32,000 bases of DNA from Candidatus Saccharimonadota bacterium (GTDB lineage: Bacteria > Patescibacteriota > Gracilibacteria > BD1-5 > UBA6164), in assembly GCA_963677765.1 (NCBI GenBank), contig OY782392.1:930001-962000 (forward strand), written 5' to 3'. Made by a program: the position numbers and the translations under genes. Shown here piece by piece: positions 10,760 to 20,731 of the stretch. Each line of letters begins with the position of its first letter. The first letter of the stretch is position 1. A model generated the notes under the pieces. The model saw only the letters and a program-made list of their open reading frames with translations, was not told the DNA's origin and ran no database searches.

Positions 10760-11974
10760 ATGACTACAAGTTTAAAAATACCAAAATTAAGATTTAAAGA
10801 GTTTTCATGAGAATGGAAAAATAAAAATATATGAGAAATATTTGATAGAATAATAGAAAAAAACAAAGAGAATAATTTAAACTCTTTAACTATCTCAGCT
10901 CAAATGTGATTAGTTAATCAAGAAAATTATTTTAATAAATTAGTTTCATCAAATGATTTAACATGATACTATTTGTTAAAAAAATGAGATTTTGCTTATA
11001 ATAAAAGTTATTCAAAATGATATCCACTATGAGCAATTAAAAGATTAAATATTTATGATAAATGAGTTGTATCTACTCTTTATATATGTTTTAGAATTAA
11101 AAAATGATATTCTAATAATTTTTTTGAACAATATTTTAATAGTCAAAAACAAAATCATTCTATACATAAAATTGCTCAAGAATGAGCTAGAAATCATGGT
11201 TTATTAAATATAGCTGTCTGAGATTTTTTTAATATAAAAATTTATTTTCCAGAAATTTTAGAACAAGAAAAAATATCAGATTTTTTATATCTAGTTGATA
11301 AAAAAATTAATTATATAAATGATAAAAAAGAAAATTTAGAAAATTATAAAAAATGAATTATTCAAAGAATATTTAAACAAGAAATAAAATTTAAAGATGA
11401 AAATTGAAATAATTTTTGAGAATGGAAAGAGACAACTTTAAATAAAGTTTTTAAAGAAAGAAAAGTGTATTCCTCAAAATGATTAGATTTACCTCATATT
11501 TCTTTAACTACTCAGTGAGTAGTTCCAAAAAGTGAGAGATACGAAAGAGATTATTTAGTTATGTGAGATGATAAACAATATAAAGTAACTAGATTATGAG
11601 ATATTTGTTATAATCCTGCTAATTTAAAATTTTGAGTTATTACAAGAAACAAGCTTTGAGATTGAATCTTTTCTCCTATATATGTAACTTTTGAAGTTAT
11701 CTGAGAAAATGATGTAAATTTTATAGAATACTTTGTTACAAGAAAGGATTTTATAAATAGAGCTAGAAAATATGAAGAGTGAACAGTTTATGAAAGAATG
11801 GCTGTTAAACCTAGTGATTTTCTTAAATTAGAAGTTGAATTACCAACTCAACCAGAACAAAAGAAAATAGCAAAATTTTTATGAAATATTGATAAAAAAA
11901 TTGAGAAAACAAAAGAAGAATTAGTTGAGTTAGAAAACTTTAAAAAGTGATTATTACAAAATATGTTTATTTAA
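10760..11974 (+). CDS. hsdS: type I restriction-modification system, specificity subunit, 404 aa
   Basis: N-terminus ..PKLRFKEFSGEWK. Two variable target-recognition halves are each followed by the conserved helical repeat (LEQEKISDFLYLVDKKI..LENYKKGIIQRIF and PEQKKIAKFLGNIDKKI..LENFKKGLLQNMF). Starts 16 nt after hsdM. Confidence 0.9.
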
Positions 11975-11990
11975 TAGTAATTAATTCATT

Positions 11991-12929
11991 ATGTTGATAA
12001 AAACTAGAAAAATTATTGATTTGAATGTTTCGAAACATGATGGTTTTGAAGGTTATTATTTATTGATTGAAAAAGTTCAAAAAAATGTAAACATTAATCC
12101 TGATATTTCAATTGAAGCTTGTAAATCTTTAATTGAATGAATCTCTAAATTTATACTTACTAAAGTTGATAATACTTATAAACCTGAAAAAATAGAAGAT
12201 TTATGAAAATTAGTTAAAAGAATGTTTTTAAATCTTTGAACTTATTCATGAGTAGAAATTGAAGATATTTTAGTTAGTAGATTAGTTTCAGTAATTATAA
12301 GAGTTTGAGAAATTAGAAATTCTAGATGAGATGTATCACATGGAAAAATTTATCCAAAAGATGAAGTAAGTGATATAAATTTATCAAATTTTATAGCTTC
12401 CATAACAGATGAATTATTATTTTATGTATTAAATATATTTTTCAATCTCGACTTTAGTTCTGATGAATGAATTAAATATGAAGATAATGAGGATTTTAAC
12501 GATTATTTAGATGAAGAAAATGATTTTATTTTTATATGAAAAAAGAAATATAGTGAAGCTCTATTTGAATTAGAACCAGAAACTTATGTTACAGAATTAA
12601 CAGATTTTAAATTATGAGATGAAGAAAATATTGAAGAAATTGAAGAAGTAATTGAAGCAAAAGAAACTAAACAAGAAGAATGTAAAATAGAACCTAAAAA
12701 AGATAAAGTTAAAAAAATAAACAAGAAAAAATTTAATAAATTCTGTTTAGATAAAAATATTGATTCTTGAAAATTAGAAGAGTTATTAAATTGATATATT
12801 TTTACATGAATAGATCCTACAAATGATGATATAGCATTAGTTTTAAACTATAAACCTGAATTTTCAAAAAGAAGAGAAATTTTAAAGGAAATAAAAGAAA
12901 ATTTAGATAATTTAATAATTGAGGAATAA
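11991..12929 (+). CDS. R-M-embedded protein X, 312 aa: Abi_C-like (abortive-infection C-terminal domain-like) N-terminal region, acidic linker and an HsdR-C-terminus-like tail
   Basis: ATG 11991, TAA 12927-12929, starting 16 nt after hsdS. RVGEIRNSRGDVSHGK resembles the RN...HG core of Pfam Abi_C as I remember it. The last ~65 aa align without gaps to the last ~70 aa of HsdR in this operon (27/64 identical, manual count). Confidence 0.5.
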
Positions 12930-12951
12930 TTTATTTATTAATATTTAAAGT

Positions 12952-14127
12952 ATGAAAAATAAGACACATATCTACAGAGATAGTTTAAATAATGACTATA
13001 AATTAAATTATTCTGAAATAATAAAAGAACTTATAAAAAAATGAATTTTAGATAAATCATTATTAAATAATAATTGAATTCCAGATTTTAAAGAGATTTT
13101 TATTTTTTTAGATTCAAATCGTGATAAATTTGTTGATAAAAGTATTAATCTAAATATAGAATTAGATGAAAAAAGATTACAAGATAATTATATATCATCT
13201 AGATTTCAAGAAAGATTTAATATAAGGCAATTACATTTAGATTCTGTTAATACAGATGAAATATTTGAAATATTAAAAAAAATATATCTATTAAATTATA
13301 ATATTGAACAAGCTTTATTTAGAGCTTTTTCAGATAGAAGAATGATATGATTTTGAAAAGAGTTTTTTGAGATAGTTTTTGATGATAATGAATTAATGGA
13401 TTTTTATTTATTAATTAAAAAAAATATTTTATCTAGACAATTTGATGAAAAAATTATATATAAAATAATTAATAGATATGATTTTAAAAGAGTTTTACAA
13501 AAATTAGAATCAATATTTACAAGTAAAAAAATCCAGATTCATATTGATACTAAATATTTTGTTTCAAAATTTTTAGAAAAAATAGATGTTTTTTCAGAAT
13601 ATACTTCAAAAGAAGACGATGAAAATATTGCGTTTATTGATAAGTTTAAATTAACTAGAGATAAAAAAATTGAATTAGCAGAAAAATATTATAATTTATG
13701 ATTAAAGTTATTGTCTTGAGTTATCATAATTAATTTATTATTATATTTTTTAAATATATGAAATAAAGAGTCATTTGAAGATTTTATACTATGATTCTTA
13801 TGAAATTGAATATTTTTATTTATTGTAGAATTAATTCTTTTTACAATTGGAATATATTGTTTTAAGTTATATAATTTTTACTCAAAATTAGTTGAATTAT
13901 ATGATTCTCATATTTGATTAATTGAATCAGATTTACACTATAAAAATGATGAACAACTAATAAATTGAGGTATTGATTCAGTATTTACATTAAGAAAAGA
14001 AAATACACAAAAAATACATAATTTACCAGATAAGGCATTAAATTTATTAAATTTAAAAACAGATATTAATACTCATTCAGACTTTAGTATTAAAATAATA
14101 GAAAAATTAATAGATAAAATTAATTAA
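12952..14127 (+). CDS. R-M-embedded protein Y, 391 aa: soluble N-terminal domain, two transmembrane helices, C-terminal tail; no recognisable domain
   Basis: ATG 12952, TAA 14125-14127, ending 5 nt before the hsdR ATG. Hydrophobic segments LGLKLLSGVIIINLLLYFLNIG and FILGFLGNGIFLFIVELILFTIGIYCF are encoded at about 13696-13866. The track shows only an internal 101-aa piece. Confidence 0.65.
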
Positions 14128-14132
14128 ATTAT

Positions 14133-16949
14133 ATGAATACAATCCAATCAGAAGCACAATTAGAAAATAATCTTATAAAACAATTACAAGGTCTAGAATA
14201 TATTCCTGTAACTATTAAAGATGAAAAAGAGCTTTTAAATAATCTTAAGAATCAACTTGAAATACATAATTTCAAAACTCTAAATTGAAAAACTTTATCA
14301 GATAAAGAATTTGATAGAGTTTTAAATCATCTAAATAAATGAAATGTATTTGAAAGAGCTAAAATTTTAAGAGATAAGATGAGCTTAGAACTTGATAATT
14401 GAGATAAAGTTTGGATTGAGTTTATTAATATGGATAATTGGTGTCAAAATGAGTTTCAAGTAACAAATCAAATAACTATAGAATGAACTTATAAAAATCG
14501 TTATGATGTAACTTTACTAATAAATTGACTTCCATTAGTTCAGATAGAATTAAAAAGAAGATGATTAGAGTTAAAAGAAGCTTTTAATCAAACTAATAGG
14601 TATCAAAGACATAGTTTTTGAAGTGGTGCTTGATTATTTCAATATATTCAATTATTTATTATAAGTAATTGAGTAAATACAAAATATTATGCTAACAATA
14701 GAAAACAAAGTTTTAAACAAACTTTTTATTGGTCTGATGTAAAAAATAAAAATATCACAAAATTAGAAGAGTTTACAAAGGTATTTTTAGAGCCTTGTAA
14801 TATATCTAAAATGATAACTAGATATATTGTTTTAAATGAAACTGATAAAATATTAATGGTTTTAAGACCATATCAATATTTTGCTGTTGAAGCTATTATT
14901 GATAGAGTAAAGAACTCAACTAAAAATGGTTATATTTGGCATACTACTTGAAGCTGAAAAACTCTTACATCTTTTAAAACTTCTCAAATATTAACAAGAA
15001 TCCCAGAAGTTAAAAAAGTAGTTTTTGTAGTAGATAGAAAAGATTTAGATTATCAAACTACTAAAGAGTTTAATAGTTTTTCAAAATGAAGTATTGATTG
15101 AACTGATAATACAACTCAATTAGTAAAACAATTTGAAGATAGTAACACAAAATTAATAGTAACTACTATTCAAAAACTAAATACTGCTATTTCAAAAGAG
15201 AGATATTTAAAGAAAATGGAAGCTTTAGCAAATGAAAAAGTTGTGTTTATTTTTGATGAATGTCATAGAAGTCAATTTTGAGATACTCATGATAGAATTA
15301 AAAAGTTTTTTGTTAATAATCAAATGTTTGGTTTTACATGAACTCCAATTTTTGCAGAAAATCATAATAATAAAAGAACTACCAAAGATTTGTTTGAAGA
15401 ACAATTACATAGTTATGTTATAACTGATGCTATTAAAGATGAAAATGTTTTAAGGTTTTCAGTTGAATATATAGGTAAATATAAAGAAAAATCAAACACT
15501 AATTTAGATATACAAGTTGAAGAAATCGATACTAAAGAGCTTTTAGAATCTCCAGACAGATTAGATAAAATAACTGATTATATTATTGCTAATCATGATA
15601 CTAAAACTCATCATAAATCATTTACATGAATGTTTTGTGTAAGTTCTGTTGAAACTTTAATAAAGTATTATGAATTATTTAAAAAGAAAAATCATAATTT
15701 AAAAATTGCTACTATATTTTCATATTGAACTAATGAAGATGATAAAGATGCTGACTGAATAATTAATGATATACAAATTGAAGTAAAAGATAATGAAGTT
15801 AATAAACATACTAGAGAAAAATTAGATGAATTTATAGATGACTATAATGGTATATTTTGAACTAAATTTTCTACTAAAGACACTCAAAGTTTTTATAATT
15901 ATTACAACGATATAGCAAAAAAAGTAAAAGAAAGACAAATAGATATTTTGCTTGTTGTAAATATGTTTTTGACTTGATTTGATTCTAAAACTTTAAATAC
16001 TTTATATGTAGATAAGAATTTAAAATATCACTGATTAATCCAAGCTTTTTCAAGAACAAACAGAATATTAAACGAACAAAAATCACAATGAAATATTGTT
16101 TGTTTTAGAAATCTTAAAAATGATGTTGATAAAGCTATTGCCTTATTTTCAAATCCAGAAGCTAAAGAAGTAATTTTAATGGAAAGTTTTGAAACTTATA
16201 TTAAATATTTTAATGAAGCTTTAGAAAAACTTATTTTAATAGCTCCTAGTGTTGAATCTGTTGATTGACTTATAAGTGAAGAGGAACAATTTGAATTTGT
16301 AAAAGCATTTAGAGATTTAATAAGAATTAAAAATATACTTGAAACTTTTGTTGATTTTGATTTTAATAAACTTGATATAGATGCTCAAACTTTTGAAGAT
16401 TATAAATCAAAGTATCTTGATATTTATGATGAAGTTAGAAAAAGAAGTGAAAAAGAGAAAGTTTCTATTTTAGATGATGTAGATTTCGAACTAGAGCTTA
16501 TAAAGAGAGATGAGATAAATATAGATTATATATTAGCTTTACTTGCTAATTTACATGATTCAGATTCTGAACATAAAGAAAAGATGAAAAAATCTATTTT
16601 AGATTTAGTAGCATGAGAAGTAACACTTAGAAGTAAAAGAGAATTAATAGAAAAGTTTATAGAAGAAAATTTATGAAATATCAAAGATACTTCAAATATT
16701 TGAAGTGAATTTGATAAATTCATGATATTACATAAATCAAAAGAATTTGAAAAATTATGTCTTGACGAAAATATAGATTCATCAAAGTTTACTAAACTTA
16801 TAAATAATTATTTATATACTGAAAAAATGCCTTTAAAAGAGGAAATAGCAAATACATTAAATTATAAACCAAAATTACTTGAAAGAAAAAGTGTAATTGA
16901 TAGAATCAAAGATAAAATGCAAGAATTCATAAGTGTATTTGAGAGTTAA
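14133..16949 (+). CDS. hsdR: type I restriction-modification system, restriction/translocase subunit, 938 aa
   Basis: PD-(D/E)xK nuclease block [21 protein letters not shown]. Helicase motif I WHTTGSGKTLT (both Gly are TGA, at 14949 and 14955), motif [12 protein letters not shown], motif [30 protein letters not shown] and motif [14 protein letters not shown] 14133, TAA 16947-16949. Confidence 0.95.
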
Positions 16950-16978
16950 AAATTAGTTCGACCAAACCATAAAAAACT

Positions 16979-17011
16979 AAAGTAGTGAGAAATTTTTCTC
17001 ACTACTTTTTT
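16979..17011 (+). terminator. intrinsic terminator of the R-M operon
   Basis: agtagtgaga-aatttt-tctcactact stem-loop followed by TTTTTT, 30 nt after the hsdR stop. Confidence 0.8.
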
Positions 17012-17135
17012 ACACAATTAATTTTCTCAAATTTCTATAATTTTTCTTGAACTGATCAGGATCTTCGAGGATCGCTAAATGTAATGTTTTTCGACCCTCG
17101 CCTCACTTTTCCCACCAAAACAAAATTAATTTAAC

Positions 17136-17173
17136 AAAAAAAGTATGTAATTTTAATTATTACATACTTTTTT
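17136..17173. terminator. bidirectional intrinsic terminator (copy A of a repeated terminator module)
   Basis: A-run, then aagtatgtaat-tttaatt-attacatactt (11-bp stem), then T6. It lies just 3' of the minus-strand GNAT operon. Confidence 0.7.
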
Positions 17174-17194
17174 AGTTTAAATCAAATTATTTCA
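17141..17194 (+). repeat. 54-nt repeat copy A (terminator hairpin plus flank); partner at 23538-23592
   Basis: aagtatgtaattttaattattacatacttttttagtttaaatcaaattatttca versus aagtatgtaatttaaattattacatacttttttattttaaacccacattatttca. About 5 differences by manual alignment. Confidence 0.75.
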
Positions 17195-17696
17195 GGTTAA
17201 TCCAAAATCTATTCATTTTTCAATTATTACTTAATCTTTCAAAAACTCATCAATTTTTTAGAATAACTTTTTTAGAAGCAATATTATCTATATCACAAGT
17301 TATTAAAACCTTATCTAATCAAAGTTTTTTAGCTTCAATTAATCATAATTCTAGCATTTTTGTAGCATATCATTTTCTTCTATATTGTGGTGCTATTCAA
17401 TATCAGATATTTCATCATATTTCAATTAATATATCTGAATTTAACTCATGTCTTATATCTATACCTCAAATTATTTCGTTGTTTTCCATCAGAAATAATA
17501 AACTTGATTTACTAAATCATTTAGGTGGATTATTTACCATATTTTGAATTTTATTTAAAAACTCTTCATAATTATTTCAATAAAATAAAGCTCATGGTGA
17601 TATTTCTTCTAAATTTTCAATCTTTCACCAATTCTTTATTAATTCTTCATATTTTTCTTTATGATTTATATTTGGGAATTCTAATTTTAGGTTCAT
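17187..17696 (-). CDS. GNAT-family N-acetyltransferase, 169 aa
   Basis: ..EIIGGIDIRHELNSDILIEIGGNIGYGIAPQYRRKGYATKMLELGLIEAKKLGLDKVLITCDIDNIASKKVILKNGGVFE shows the GNAT motif A (R-x-x-G-x-A) and the TCd.dN.aS..vi..NGG pattern of COG3981-type acetyltransferases. Confidence 0.8.
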
Positions 17697-17698
17697 AA

Positions 17699-18367
17699 TT
17701 ATATATGTTTAATTTCTAAACAACTTCAATAATCATTTTCTGATAAAACTTTAAGTTTTAATCATTGTTCATTTAGTAGCTTTTCAAGATAATTTAAATT
17801 TATTCTAATCCATTTAAAAGGTTTAGATATTTTTCAATCATACTCACACTTAAATTCTCATATGAAATAATCACTATCTTCTTCTTTTTTAAAAATTGAT
17901 AATATTTTTCAATTTGTATCTAATAAGTCTTTTAATTTTCAAATTAATTTTTTAGTTCATTCTATATCTCATCAAATTGATAAATTATTTCACATCAAAG
18001 TAATAATATCATATTTTTTATTTATTTTTTCATTCATTATATCTAAAACTTTTGTATTTTTGTGTCATTTTTTCCAAGCTGTCTTTATTGCTATTGATGA
18101 AATATCTATTCATTCTATATTTTTAACTTTTTTCTCTAAAATAGGGAAATAGTAAGCAGTTGCACATCATATATCAAGTAAATTTGTTCAACTAACATTA
18201 TCGAATAAAGTTTTTTCTATTTCATTAAATCATTCTTCATCTCTAAAATACCACCATAAATCTTGTTCCCATCTTTCTCAGTCTTTATTAATTAAATAAA
18301 AAGGTGTTTTTTGATTTCAATTATGATAATCATATAATGCTTCTCAAAATAAATCCATTGATTGCAT
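17699..18367 (-). CDS. class I SAM-dependent methyltransferase, 222 aa
   Basis: Motif I ..NLLDIGCATAYYF (vLDiGCGtG-like), post-I ..IEGIDIS and ..YDIITLMGNNL. The stop is 2 nt upstream of the next gene's ATG, suggesting translational coupling. Confidence 0.7.
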
Positions 18368-18382
18368 AATTTTTAAATTATA

Positions 18383-18856
18383 TTATAAATTTTTTTCCAT
18401 ATGAACTGCAATAGTATTTCAAATTATTCTTTCTTTACCAGATATTTTCTTAAATCAAAATTTAGAATAATAATCTATATTATTTATTTCTGATGATAAA
18501 TATATTAGTTTTATTCATTCTTGTTTTATTTTTTCAATTGAACAATTTATCAATTTACTTCAATATCATTTTTTTCTAAACTCTTCTGATATTCATATTC
18601 TCCATAAAAAATAACAATCTTTTTTGGGAGTTATTCAGTCTTTTGTTTTTTGTCATTTATTAATCTTTGCTAACTGAATTATTCATACTAATTTTCAATT
18701 TTTCTTGATATAATAAATATTAGAATTTAAAAAACTTTTGTATTGCTCTTCTAATCTTGTTTCAAAATCAATTTTAAATTCATTTTTCCATATATTTTTT
18801 ATAAATTCAAAACATTCTTTGTATTCAGTTTCTGATTTAGCTATTTTTATTTCCAT
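18383..18856 (-). CDS. GNAT-family N-acetyltransferase, 157 aa
   Basis: ..YFLWRIGISEEFRKKGYGSKLINCSIEKIKQEGIKLIYLSS.. contains the acetyl-CoA binding motif R-x-x-G-x-G. It is the first gene of a three-gene minus-strand operon. Confidence 0.75.
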
Positions 18857-18862
18857 AATGAT

Positions 18863-18930
18863 TTTTGATTATTAGATTTTTATTATTATACTAAAATTTA
18901 ATAATAAATCTATAATAATTAATTATGAAT
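18863..18930 (+). repeat. promoter/5'-leader repeat copy A; partner at 22590-22655
   Basis: ttttgattattagatttttattattatactaaaatttaataataaatctataataattaattatgaat versus ttttgattattaaattttattattatataaaatttaataataattctataataattaattatgaat. 2 substitutions and 2 single-nt indels. Both copies run into an ATGAAT start. Confidence 0.8.
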
Positions 18931-19416
18931 TGATTTAAATTTGAAAAATCTCTAAGACTATTAGTTGAGTATTATCCAAAAGAAGACCAAAAGAAACCTT
19001 CTTTATTTCATAGTGTAAGAGTTTGAACTTACTTATGGAATAATTGATATATTGAAGAATTACAAATTGCTTGATTATTACATGATGCATTAGAAGATAC
19101 TGATATAACAGAAAAGATAATAAGTGATAATTTTTGAGAAAATGTTTTAGAAATAGTTAAAGCTAATTCAAAAAATATGATTTTAGAAAAAACTGAAATT
19201 TTAGAAGATATAGTTAGAAGATGTTCTATTGTATGAGAGGATGCTATGATAGTAAAAATATCTGATGTGTATGATAACTTTTTATTTTATGTAAAAGAAA
19301 ATAATTTATCTGAAATAGAGAGATGTAAAACATTAGCTAATTTAGTTAAAAAGTATAAAAAAGAAGAATGGAATGATAAAATATTTAATAGAATTGATGA
19401 AATAATTAATTACTAA
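18925..19416 (+). CDS. RelA/SpoT-type HD-domain hydrolase (small alarmone hydrolase-like), 163 aa
   Basis: PSLFHSVRVGTYLWNNGYIEELQIAGLLHDALEDTDITEKIISDNFGENVLEIVKANSK follows the SpoT/Mesh1 hydrolase pattern H...V......AaLLHDvvEDT..t.e.i...FG..V..lV..vtk. Confidence 0.65.
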
Positions 19417-19426
19417 TATTTTAATT

Positions 19427-19837
19427 ATGCAAAATATAGAAAACTGATGGTATAGAGTAAGTGTAAAAGCTCTTATTTATAATAATAAATGAGAATTTTT
19501 ATTATGCAAAGAAAGTAATTGAACATGGGATTTACCATGAGGGTGATTAGACCATTGAGAAAATCCTATATCTTGTTTAAAAAGGGAATTATATGAGGAG
19601 ATGTGATTAGTTGCAAAAAATATAGATAAAATACCTTTATATTTTATAACTACTAACAAACCTACAAGCAAAACAAGACCTTGGATTGCAAATATTTGTT
19701 ATAAAACAGAAGTAGAAAATCTGGATTTTACTAAATCTGATGAATGTGTTGAAATTTGATTTTTTGATATTGAAAGTGCTAAAAAATTAGATTTACTTGT
19801 TAATGTAGTTGAGTTGATAAAAGAGATGGAAAAATAA
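19427..19837 (+). CDS. Nudix hydrolase, 136 aa
   Basis: Complete Nudix box GGGLDHGENPISCLKRELYEEMGL (G-x5-E-x7-REUxEExGU). Four of its Gly codons are TGA. Confidence 0.88.
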
Positions 19838-19844
19838 TTTTTTT

Positions 19845-19880
19845 AGAAGAGCTTATTTAAAATATAAGCTCTTTTTCTTT
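19845..19880 (+). terminator. intrinsic terminator after the HD-Nudix pair
   Basis: agagcttat-ttaaaat-ataagctct stem followed by a T-rich tail. Confidence 0.7.
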
Positions 19881-19882
19881 AT
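19864..19882. repeat. left arm of a 19-bp perfect long-range inverted repeat; partner at 20732-20750
   Basis: ataagctctttttctttat is the exact reverse complement of ataaagaaaaagagcttat at 20732-20750. Confidence 0.85.
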
Positions 19883-20036
19883 TCTAAGGTTATTTGGCAA
19901 GTTTGCATTAAAATAATTACTATACATATCATATCAATAAAGTCTATACAAAAAATTTATAATATAAATAATTATATTCTTTTTTATTGTTAAATAATAT
20001 TTATTATTTTTTCAATTGTAATTATATTTTTTAATC

Positions 20037-20060
20037 ATAATATAATATATATTATATTAT
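20037..20060. repeat. 24-bp perfect palindrome 15 nt upstream of the 20075 start codon
   Basis: ataatataatatatattatattat equals its own reverse complement. Confidence 0.8.
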
Positions 20061-20074
20061 TAATTATAATTAAT

Positions 20075-20722
20075 ATGAAAATAATAATAACATTAATACT
20101 AGTTTTTTTTATATTTTCAAATACAACAAATGCTTGTATGCCTTTTACTCCTGAATTAATTATAGTTTGAAAATATAATTGATTAATAGAGTGAAAATTA
20201 CCATATGAAATGTCTTCAAAGTGAGAATTTCAATTTATTGATATAGAGAATATTGAGAAGCCATTTTCTACATCATATTTTAAAACTTGAAAACATTATT
20301 TTATAGATACTTGAAGGGTAGATTTTGAAGGTTTTAATATATGAGATACTATAATTACTATAAGCGATTATAATAATTGAGATTATGAAGATTATTTTCA
20401 AGTATTAGAAATATGAAGAATATCATGTAAAAATAATGATGAGTTTTATATTGAAAATAAACAATGATATTTCAAATCATTTTGAAAAGTATTGTGGCAA
20501 TGTTGAAATTATAGACCTGATGATGTTATGTCAGAAGAACAATTAGTAGAGAAAATTAAAGAGAAATATAAAACTTGCGATGAAGTAGTAAATAATATTG
20601 ATAATATAGAAATTGAAACTGAAAATATTAATATTGTTGAGGAAAATTTAGTTGAAAATAATAAATCATGGTTTGATAAACTACTTGATTTTATAAAATC
20701 AGTTTTTAGTAGAATATTTTAG
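20075..20722 (+). CDS. hypothetical secreted protein or lipoprotein, 215 aa
   Basis: The N-terminus MKIIITLILVFFIFSNTTNAC is a signal peptide with a possible lipobox-like ..NAC. The C-terminal third is acidic. ATG 20075, TAG 20720-20722. Confidence 0.6.
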
Positions 20723-20731
20723 TATTTTTAT

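Noticed and set aside
17040-17125. A tRNA, SRP RNA or other known small RNA in the GC-richer patch after the R-M operon.
   Set aside because: I could not draw a cloverleaf or find the SRP domain IV motif on either strand. It is reported only as an unexplained patch.
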